DNA of 64,000 nucleotides from Octopus vulgaris (Eukaryota): NCBI GenBank assembly GCA_951406725.2, contig OX597825.1, positions 36,518,001 to 36,582,000 of the forward strand, read 5' to 3'. Shown piece by piece: positions 54,016 to 64,000 of this stretch (position 1 is its first letter; each line of letters starts with the position of its first letter). The notes under the pieces were generated by a model. It saw only the letters and a program-made list of their open reading frames with translations, ran no database searches and was not told where the DNA came from. The position numbers and the translations under genes were made by a program.

Positions 54016-55749
54016 AATATCGAGAGAATGTAAAACGTCTTACAAAGTTCACTAAAACATTTCAAGATTGCACTGATATAATCGTCTATTATTATTATAA
54101 AGGTGGCGAGTTTAGCAGAATCGTTTGCACGCTGGGCAAAATGTTTAGTGGAATTTCAGGGTTTAAATTCTTCCCAGGTCGATTTTGCCTTTCATCCTTT
54201 CGGGGTCGATAAAATAAGTACCAGTTGAACACTGGGGTTCATGTAATCGAGTTACTTCCTCCCCGACATTGCTGGCCTTGTGTCAAAATTTGAAGACATT
54301 CTTAAAAAAGCGACGAGTCTTTTTACGGTTTTTCATAACATGAGATTATAATATTTTTATATGTAATTTTGTGAAACTTTTAGTTTCCTTGTACAAATCT
54401 TAATCAACTTACTCCAGATTTTGAACGAGCTTTGATAAAAGCCATACAAGCATGTTACACCGGTTTTCAGGCCGTAAATTTAGACATCTCTCTCTCTCTC
54501 TCTCCCTTTTCCTTTCCATCCCTCCCTCTCTCTCCATGCCTCCTTCTCTTTCCGTCCTGCACCCTTCTTTCTATCACCCGCATGTATACACACTTAATAT
54601 ACTATAACATCTTATATAATCTGAGTTCAAATTCAGCTGGAGTCCACTTTGTATTTAATCGTTTCGGGGTCGATAAAATAAGTACCAGTTAAGCACTAGG
54701 GTCGATGTAAATTGCTGGCCTTGTACCAAAAACTGAAACCAATATATTTTTAAGGTTATATTCTCACGTAATAAAAGCGGTGAGAATTGTTAGCAAATCG
54801 GACAAAATGTTTTACAAAGTTTCTTCCGGTATTTTACGTGCTGTGTTCAAATCGACGAAGCTCCTCCCACTACAACTGGTGGCCTTGTGCTAAAAGTTGA
54901 AACCATTATTATTATTATAAAGATGGCGAGTTTAGCAGAATCGTTAGCACGCCGGGCAAATCGTTTAGTAGAATTTCGTCAGTCTTTATGTTCAGGGTTG
55001 AAGTTCCGCTCAGGTCGACTTTGCCTTTCATCCTTTCGGGGTCGATAAAATAAGTACCAGTTGAACACTGGGGTCCATGTAATCAAGTAAAAAATAAAAT
55101 ATGACAACACAACTTTTTACTCTTTTAACTTATTTTCAATGTTTCGATAATTACTATAATTCCGTTAACTTTTCGATTAATTGATGATAGCAAGCTCTGT
55201 CTCACGTTACTCATACATTTCCCTCCTTTTCTTCATACATTTAATGTCCCCAATTTCTTAAACTCCGCGTTAATATATTTATCAGTCCTTCCTTCACAGA
55301 ACGTCATTCTTACAGGGTGTCTCTCTTCCTTTGCCCATGTTTCTTCTGAAGCCGTCAACTCGAAACCTGTTCACCGGCTTCAAGAGAGTCTTTGAAGGCC
55401 GCAAAAACAGCTGCTGTAACCAGACTAAGCTCCCTTAAAAAGAAAACAAAATGAAATAATGACAACAATGATATAGATATAGTTAAAAGCAATTTCTAGA
55501 GTTACATGAATCGAAGTAAAGATGTATAAATTTAGCTACTATACCAATAAAAAAGCAACAGGTGTACTTGTGATATGCACTTTATTCCTACATTATTAAT
55601 AAATAATGTCATAATATACATGTGACATTAACATCACACATAATCCTTTTCCATTCTGGTTCATATCACTAACATTGTTTACTCTGACTGAAATTCGTTC
55701 ATCGATCTTTACAGACGTGACTTTTTTCCACATATATATTTTTTTTTTT

Positions 55750-56132
55750 CGTTTTACTTGTTTCAGTCATTTGACTGCAGCCATGCTGGAGCACCGTCTT
55801 TAGTCTAGCAAATCGACTCCAGGACTTAATCTTTGTAAGCCTAGTATTTATTCTATCGATCTATTTTGCCGAACCGCTAAGTTACGGGGACGTAAACACA
55901 CCAGCATCGGTTGTCAAGTGATGGACGAAATCAAACACACACACACACAAACACATATATATATATACATACGACGGGCTTCTTTCACTTTCTCTCTAAC
56001 AAATCTACTCACAAGGCTTTGGTCGGCCCGCGGCGATAGTAGAAGACACTTGCCCAAGGTGTCACGCATTGGAACTGAGCCCGGAACCGTGTGGTTGGCA
56101 AGCAAGCTACTTACCACACAGCCACTCCTGCG

Positions 56133-56135
<3 letters not shown>
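55750..56135 (-). mobile_element. SINE family A, full-length
   Basis: Reverse-strand match. Confidence 0.9.
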
Positions 56136-56178
<43 letters not shown>

Positions 56179-56289
56179 GTTATTCTGTAGCCATGATAAA
56201 ACTCCGAGTTTCGGATGTCGGGGCGGAAATCCTCTATTTACATAATATCGAGGTCTCTTTCATTCTTTCGTTGTCTTACCATTTCTATC

Positions 56290-56352
<63 letters not shown>

Positions 56353-56356
<4 letters not shown>

Positions 56357-56600
56357 GAAATGAAGAAAATGCTGACAAAATAATTTAAGTAAGGGAGAGT
56401 GTATTTAATTAGGTGAAAGTTCTTTTTACCGGTTGCGCATTTGTTATGCTTATCAAAAGATATTTTTTAAAGAGAGATAGAGTAAAAAAATATCTTTTGA
56501 TAAGCATAACAAATGCGCAACCGGTAAAAAGAACTTTCACCTAATTAAATACACTCTCCCTTACTTAAATTATTTTGTCAGCATTTTCTTCATTTCCTTT
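56353..56600. repeat. Palindrome (~116-bp arms) with HHR-like motif
   Basis: 56353-56468 is the reverse complement of 56485-56600. Confidence 0.93.
56493..56532 (+). ncRNA. Minimal hammerhead-like motif, U3-A8 core with GCAA replacing GAAA
   Basis: TTGATAA-gcat-aacaa-atgc-GCAA-ccgg-TA-aaaaga. Confidence 0.55.
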
Positions 56601-56642
56601 TTTTATATATCACAACTCGTGTTCCACATCTCCTTTTTTTAA

Positions 56643-56696
<54 letters not shown>

Positions 56697-56809
56697 ATGT
56701 ATGTATGTATGTATGTATGTATGTATGTATGTATGTGTGTGATAGATCGTTAGCTCCTACACGCATTTCTTTTCTCTCCTTGTTTCTCTCCTATTTTTTT
56801 TTCTGTGTA

Positions 56810-56847
56810 TCTTTCTGTCGAAGAGCGTAGGCTCGAAACGTAAAAGA
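56810..56847 (+). ncRNA. Minimal hammerhead-like motif (A6U core) in Penelope-like repeat ~56745-56945
   Basis: tcttt-CTGTCGA-a-gagc-gtag-gctc-GAAA-cg-TA-aaaga. Confidence 0.65.
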
Positions 56848-56944
56848 CTTGTTCTATTTCTATTCCTGAGCGCCATACTAATACATTTGTTTGTTTGTAC
56901 TCCACCTGCCTTCGTCTTTTGTTTATTTTCGTAAACCTTCCCGT

Positions 56945-57060
<116 letters not shown>

Positions 57061-57137
57061 CAGAGAGAGAGACAGAGAGAGAGAGACAGACAGACACACA
57101 GACAGACACACAGACAGACACACACACAGACAGACAC

Positions 57138-57170
<33 letters not shown>

Positions 57171-57199
57171 GTGAGAGAGAGAGAGAAGGGGATATATTT

Positions 57200-57993
57200 A
57201 CCAAAACTACATTAATATATTTTGAAATACTAATGAGTAAATTTATTCAATCAAATCGCCATTGGCTTCAACCACAGCCTCCAGACGAGTTGGGAATCTC
57301 CTGCGACCCTTCTGGACGGTCTCCTTGTTTAAGTTAGTGAATGCTGCCATAATCCTTGCCTTCAGTTCGTCTTTGGTGTTACAAGGAGTTGATCTCCCGC
57401 CCAACTGCACCCCACACATAATATTCAAGGGGCTTGCATTCCGGAGAGTTAGGTGGTCAGGTGTTAGGAGTGATGTGGTCACAGAAATTGTCTGACAACC
57501 ATGACTGGGTTCTCCTTGTGTGTCATGGTGCAGAGTCCTGTTGCCAGACATAAGGTCTTCCAGCAGCCACCCTCTTGACCCAGGGTAGCACTACCTCCTC
57601 CAGGCACTTGATGTAGGCCTTCATGTTGAATCCGTGTCCGTGTGGGATGATGAATGGCGGCATAAAGTCGCCATCCCTAGTGATCACTCCAAACACCATG
57701 ATGTTGACAGGATATTTGATTTATCACTCCTGGTACATGTCCTCAGACTGCACTGACCTCAGATTAACTCCCAAACACTCTGAAATGTTCGTATTGGAGT
57801 TTCCGGTTCGAATGCCAAGCAATACAGCATGTCGTTTCCAAATTTCTGGCAGAGTAAATTGAGTCATGATGCTGTTTTTCTCACAGATGGTGCCCAACTG
57901 ACCCTACTATACGGTGTAGTCAACAAAATCAAAAACAAACAATGCGCATGCGTGAAATAAAAATAAAACGGCAGCAATTTACCCATCGCATCT

Positions 57994-57997
<4 letters not shown>
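57200..57997 (-). mobile_element. Degraded Tc1/mariner-superfamily element (possibly DD37D/maT-like)
   Basis: C-terminal TKDELKARIMAAFTNLNKETVQK...RLEAVVEANGDLIE; upstream MVFGVITRDGDFMPP-like segment; many frameshifts. Confidence 0.7.
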
Positions 57998-58032
<35 letters not shown>

Positions 58033-59580
58033 TGGTGGTAAGAATGCTTCGAAGAGAATTGAACAGCAGAAAGTCTTCAGAGAAGAAAATCTCTCAGGCA
58101 ATTTCTTACACCCTTAGGAGGCAGGGCTGCATCCAGGTCATGACTCCTGACTGCCCTTTTACTGACACTTTTTAGCGACTTGGATATCGGAGATTTGTCC
58201 CTTAAAACTGCTTGGAGATTTCATGTAATTGTCACTCCTTCGTTCACTCAGCATTCAAACTTATACTTAAAGACGAATTAACTTTGATTGTCCTGGTAGC
58301 GATGAAACGCTATCACAATGACTCAGCGTTAAAATACGAAGATATTGCCTTCAAACAGTTTGGTAGTCGTTATTGTAACTCCTCGACTAGATCCAGCTGG
58401 AATATATCTCGTGTGTTTAGCGAGAATCGTTCACAGAAATAGTGTCCGGTCAGTGGCTATAGAAGACACTTCCAAGGTGTCGCGTGATGAGACTGAAACT
58501 GCAGCCATGTGGTTGCAAAGCAGGCTTCTTAATCGTACAACCATGTCTGTAAAGAATTAATTGGTTCTTTAAAATACAGTATAATAAAATGCAAAACCCA
58601 ATATGAAAGTTCTTTTACATTTATGAGCAAAAGTAGATTTAGTTTTATAAGAGCAGGAAGCCCTGGAGACAAAAGTATTGTAGTGACGCCTGGTTCCAGA
58701 CGCCATTTTGGGATTTTTATCCACGCACGCGCAGGGATTAGAGCCTTCCGGAAGGCCTGCCGGAAGCCGCTTATGCGCATGCGCAGTCATCATCATCATC
58801 ATCTGCAGCTAGGCTTGACCACCATTCTCTCTCTTCGGCCCGGCTTCTGATCAGACAGGATGCAACTTAGACCAGCTCCGTGGCGCTGGAATTCTGACGG
58901 CGAGCGACATTGCGAGTGTGTGAAAATGCCTTCGTATTTTTGTGTCTAACTACCAACCCTGCTGCTTCTCGCGTACCAAGGCGTCCAGGCTACCGATGTT
59001 CAGAGATGAATTGTTTATTCAGGCGAAATAAATTGTTATTGTTATTTGTTCGGAGGTTCTTGTTCCCGCTATTTTCCTTTCCACGACTATATAAGGAATT
59101 GTGAGGCACCCATCCAGTGCCAACCTCACTTTCTACAGCATGAATTAAGAAAGAGGACTTTAAAGGTAGAAAGGAATTTCTGAAGTAATAATACCTTTCT
59201 CTTTTTATTTGCAAAAATTTTGTATACATCTCTAGTCATTTAAGATGTACAGTAACAGCTTGATCATGCTTCGCCGAGGAGGGCTAATAAGAAACATTCA
59301 TTTTCCATCCATCTTCTCCCCGCGCAATTCCTGGGAGGTCATGGGGGTAGAGTCCTCAGACACCTCCTCTATAGGATCCTGTCAAAAGCGACCACCATTA
59401 GACTTTCCGACTGAATTCCAAATTATAACCAACTGAGGCTATGGAAAATATCCAACCATTACATTCTTGATCAACCCTCAGGTCTCCTGCCGGTTGCCTC
59501 AGCTTGAAGAATATGTTTTGCGAGTCTTTGCTGCGACGTTCTAATCACATGTCTGTAGTGTCGGAATCGTGAAGTCTCAG

Positions 59581-59802
59581 TACAAGGGGGTGCTGAGAAG
59601 TTGCTGGCTTTAAGGGTGTCGCGAAAGGGTTGGTTGGAGGTCCAACCTTCCGAGTTCTTTTACAGGGCTTTGGAACACTGAAAGACTACTGCAATACGTG
59701 TGTGAATCTGAGAGGGTGATATGCTGAACAAAAATTATAATTAACTGATCCTCCTGTATTTTCTTTTAGCCAAAGCCAGGAACTTTTCAGCACCCCTTCG
59801 TA
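59581..59802. mobile_element. Mariner-derived MITE, copy 1
   Basis: TIRs TACAAGGGGGTGCTGAGAAGTT / AACTTTTCAGCACCCCTTCGTA; ~220 bp; second copy at 63428. Confidence 0.85.
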
Positions 59803-60204
59803 CGGAGAAGTAGCAACTCGATCTGGAAAGACTCCTTGTATGTATGTAATTAAAGCTTCAATGCTGTTTCAATTGCACGTTTTGATAAGAATTAGTCTAT
59901 TTAGACAATGATTGTTCTAATCACTAGAGGTGTAAACTAATTTTTTATACAATGCTCCTGTTTATTGAATATACTTAAGGACAACGTATTTACCGTAGCA
60001 AATGGCGCCTCAAGGTTGCACAGGTTTTTATCAACTACCTGTTTAAATATTTCCGTTTGCCTCAGCAGAAATTTAATTGCTAACCTCAAGCACCAAGTAA
60101 CAAAAGAAGCGACGTATAATAGGTCTCTCCTGAAACGCACCTGTTCATTAATTGTAAAACCATGTGTAGCGTCTTCGTGAATAAGTGCGAGTCTATGTGT
60201 GCAT

Positions 60205-60301
<97 letters not shown>

Positions 60302-60647
60302 TCATGCGTGTTTATATTGGACAGGCCGACGCTGATAGCATGTCGATGTGATGAATATTAACCAATAAAAAGTAGATATAAGAATTGATTTCTTTTGGTT
60401 TTAGTGTCTACACCATCTCGCTGCAGCTGTAAGTATTGCATTACAGTACAAATATTTATACAGATATATACGTGGACGCACGCACACACACACAACACAC
60501 ACACATACATACATGTATATACATATGTAAAGCGCGTGCGTGTGTGCGTGCATGTGTATATATGTGTAAGTATATACATACATATATGTGTGTGTGTATA
60601 TATATAATATGTATATATATATATATGCTCATGAATAAATGAATAAA

Positions 60648-60688
<41 letters not shown>

Positions 60689-60697
60689 ATATATATG

Positions 60698-60730
<33 letters not shown>

Positions 60731-60818
60731 ATATATATGTATATATATGCATGCGAAACATTTGACTTCACGCAGGAAAACGCAAGGACAGGATTGGGAA
60801 GAATAAATTATTGAAAAT

Positions 60819-61106
60819 ATGTTTTCTCTCAACCTTGTATGGATACTCTGTGTTATTTTCATCTCTCCTGGAACCAGTTTATCAGAAAAGTTATTTGGCC
60901 GAGCTTTCGCCGTAATCTGGAATGCACCGAGCGAAGTGTGTGAAAGACACCACGGAATAAAGTTTAATTTTGACCATTATAACATAATTCAAAATACTGG
61001 TGACCATTTCCAAGGTGACAAGATGGTAATCTTTTACGAAAAACAGCTCGGATTGTATCCTTTCATCTCACCAAACGGAACCCACGTAAATGGGGGTATA
61101 CCACAG
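60819..61106 (+). CDS. Hyaluronidase (glycoside hydrolase family 56), first coding exon; gene continues beyond the window
   Basis: Hydrophobic signal-like N-terminus, then FAVIWNAPSEVC, FQGDKMVIFY, LGLYP and VNGGIPQ, typical GH56 N-terminal motifs. Similarity stops at a CAG|GT phase-0 donor (61106/61107). Candidate acceptor ttgacttcacgcAG at 60774-60775. Confidence 0.93.
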
Positions 61107-61170
61107 GTATCTAATAAACTTTTATCTTTCATTTGTTTCAGTCACTCGACTACACCTTGAAGGGTTAGTC

Positions 61171-61514
61171 CAGTGGTTCCCAAACGGGGTCCGTATGACC
61201 CCTTAGGGTTCATATAAAATTTGGGGGGTCCACACAGCGCGAAATAGTAAATTGGAGATAGGAGATACACTGTAGTATTTTAGGGGTACCTGAAAAAAAT
61301 TTTGCGTTAGATGTATTAATTGCAAGAAACAGGTTTCTTTCTCTAATATTTTGCATAGCTCAAACTACACAAGTAAACGTGTGAAAGACAAAATAAAAAT
61401 TTTGAAAGAACAATCTATAGAACTCGTTTAGAAACATCGAATGGCTATGGGGGTCCACCAGAATAGAATAGTAATCAAAGGGATCCATAGGTTAAAAGTG
61501 GTTTAGGACCACTC
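61171..61514. mobile_element. hAT/Charlie-like MITE inserted inside a SINE in hyaluronidase intron
   Basis: Ends CAGTGGTTCCCAA / TTAGGACCACTC; it separates the SINE tail (~61120-61170) from the rest of the SINE (~61515-61870). Confidence 0.6.
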
Positions 61515-61632
61515 GTTCAACCGAACAAATCGACCCACTATATATTTTTCTTTTAAAACCGTATTCTTTCTTGCAGAACAGCTAGGTCACGGGGACGTAA
61601 GTCATCACCAGTTGTCAGGCGCGAGCGGGGGC

Positions 61633-61705
<73 letters not shown>

Positions 61706-63133
61706 ACACACACACACGACGGGTTTCTTTCAGGTTCTGCCTACCAAATTTACTCACTGCTTTCGTTGGACTAGGGCTATAATTGAAGACACTTGACCAA
61801 GGTGCCGCTTAGCGGGACTGAACCCAGAATTATGTGTTTGGGATGCAAACTATTTAATTATACAACCAGACCAGTACCCGAACAACAGCATACCTTATTA
61901 ATGTTTTGATAAAGACTTTTTACTCGAGGTACCTAACTTCTCTCAATCTTTACCACACTGATTTTGTCATTAGTCATTGCAACAGAACACAACTAGATCA
62001 AAGAATTTATTGTTCCAAAAATAACATCCATCGGCACAAAAAATTGGAAAGCTGAATTGAAGCTTAATAGAAACGCAAATACATAACAAATCAAGTGAAA
62101 CAATTCTGAGAAAAAATTAAGACAAAAACAAACAAAAAAAACACCCTGAATGATAGGTATAACATTAAATAACATAACTATAAATATTGGAATCCTTAAA
62201 TCAAAATTAATATCCAACTTAATAGATTTAAAAGATACAGCTTATTTCAATTTTACCCCTCTGAAAACAAACCTCAAAAGATCCGTAGGACGATATGTAA
62301 CAAGTATATTGGATTCAAATTTTGACACAAGGCTAGTAATATCGTGGTGTGGGTGTTGGGTTAAGTCGATTAACACAACACCCACTAATTTTATCAACCC
62401 CGAAAGGATGAAAGGTGAAGTCGATCTAGGCGTGATTTAAACTCAGAACGTGAAGATAGACGACATGCCGGGAAGCATTTTGCTTGGCGTGCTAACGATT
62501 CTGTTCTGCCAGAAAGAGCTATTAAAAAAATTAATCTATTTTAAAAAGAAAAAAAATAATAAGTATCTAAATGGAGCACAAAAGTAATTGACCAGAAGAA
62601 TATTAGAGAACGCAAGAAATTAAATATCCATCTCCCCAAATCTACTTGGTTTGAGATTTGCTTTAGACAGTTCCACAAATCCAAAAAGCTCTGATTTTTG
62701 GTGTTTGTCCATTTGATATACTGGACAGCTAAATAACGCCAACCTTCCGTATCATGCTCCTAGATGGCTTCATACCAGGAACAACACTGAACCCAAAGAA
62801 ACGACCAACAGATGATCCATCTAATTATCATTATGTATGGTTGCGAGCTGGCAGAATCGTTAGCACACCGAGCAAATGCTTAGTGGTATTTCGTCCGTCT
62901 TTACATTGGAAGTTCAAATTTCGCCGAGGTCAACTTTACCTTTCATACTTTTGGGAGTTCGATAAAATAAGCATCACCTGAACACTGGGGTCGATGTAAT
63001 CGACTTATCCCTTGCCTTCAATTTCAGGCCTTGTGCCTATAACAAAAACTATTATATTATTAATTAGCTGCAGTCATTGTGACTATCACTGTGTATGACT
63101 TTGGTATGACTTGATAACCTTTCTCCAAACTGT

Positions 63134-63320
63134 TCATTTTTTCGCTTGGGTTTGCCATTTATTTTGAACAATTCCTTTCCTTTTTGCAGTATCCTTGAAT
63201 CTCAGTTTAGGTCTTCCATGGTTTCTTTCCCTCTTGCGCATAGTTGAGAGTAAAGGATTTTGTTTGGAGAGTCTGCTGTTGTTCATCTTGTGTACTTGAC
63301 CCAACCAACGAAAATTTTCC
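63134..63320 (-). mobile_element. RTE LINE 3' fragment
   Basis: RWLGQVHKMNNSRLSKQ...RNHGRPKLRFKDTAKR. Confidence 0.7.
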
Positions 63321-63427
63321 TCAATGGGGATTTCCATCATAGGTGGCGGACCGTAGGATCTCTTCATTCTTGATCTTGTGAAAGAGAGTAATTAACGCTC
63401 TATTACTTGTTTGCTAGTAATTCTATA

Positions 63428-63644
63428 TACGAGTGAGTGCTGAAAAGTTCCTCGCTTTGGCTAAACGAAAATGCAGGGGGATCAATTAAATATGAATTTA
63501 GGCACATTTCCCCCTCAGATTCACACACTTATTGCAGTGGTCCTTTAGTTTTTCTAAGCGCTATAAAAGAACTGGGAAGGTTGGGCCCTCAGCCATGCCT
63601 TTCGCGACACCCTTAAAACTAGGAACTTTTCAGCACCCCTCGTA
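63428..63644. mobile_element. Mariner-derived MITE, copy 2 (opposite orientation)
   Basis: TACGAGTGAGTGCTGAAAAGTTCC...GGAACTTTTCAGCACCCCTCGTA; interior is the reverse complement of copy 1. Confidence 0.85.
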
Positions 63645-64000
63645 TACTATTCTGCAATATGTTACCCTACATAATGATGCAGTTTAGTTCCTGCAGAGTA
63701 CAATGTTTATATGGTCTGGAACAATGGAACAATCAATTCGCTTTTCATTTTTTATTTAAGCAGTCTATTGGATGATGCAAAAAGTACGCTAAAAGAACCT
63801 GTCATCGATGGATTATAAGGTGTTAACCTTTTATCTTCTGCTTGTTTCAGTCATTGGACTCGGACCATACTGGGGCATCACCTTGAAGGTTTCAGTCGAA
63901 TAAATTGACCCCATTACTTATTTGAAGTCTGGCACTTATTCTATCAGATCTTTTGCCGAACCGCTGAGTTCCGGGAACACAAAAAGAAATCAACAGCAGT

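Larger units (their letters stand above)
52120..55090. repeat. Cluster of family-B SINE copies with nested family A and C insertions and a local duplication
   Basis: Repeated core at ~52130, 52560, 53230, 53450, 54185, 54660, 55020; segment ~52635-53295 is duplicated at ~54750-55088. Confidence 0.85.

Noticed and set aside
56190-56260. HHR-like GGAT...ATCC-GAAA-CTCGGAGTT on the minus strand
   Set aside because: No recognisable CUGANGA box; at most a dead relic.
62730-62815. Possible hyaluronidase exon 2 (LNNANLPYH...)
   Set aside because: Weak acceptor, early stop and no IDWE catalytic motif.

Overview
AT-rich eukaryotic DNA saturated with microsatellites, SINEs and decayed transposons; the repeat complement suggests an octopus (coleoid cephalopod) genome (inference). 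The only host gene I can support is the first coding exon of a secreted GH56 hyaluronidase (60819-61106, +). Other content: a near full-length frameshifted CR1-type LINE (~29.0-33.1 kb, -) whose ORF1 has Myb/SANT-like and CCCH motifs and whose 3' tail is shared with the commonest SINE; a complete defective mariner (40017-41304); R4/Dong, RTE and other Tc1/mariner relics; MITEs; three tRNA-derived SINE families; a 30-bp minisatellite. Most ORFs in the track are microsatellite artefacts. The main signal is at the RNA level: about 20 hammerhead ribozyme (HHR)-like motifs lie in non-coding, Penelope-like repeats that occur as palindromes (one 4.3 kb) or tandem units, mostly in TA tracts. Four sequence-unrelated families carry a non-circularly permuted HHR with covarying stems, three carry the compensatory U3-A8 core, and one 363-bp tandem unit looks like a retrozyme. 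All folds were assigned by eye; activity is untested.
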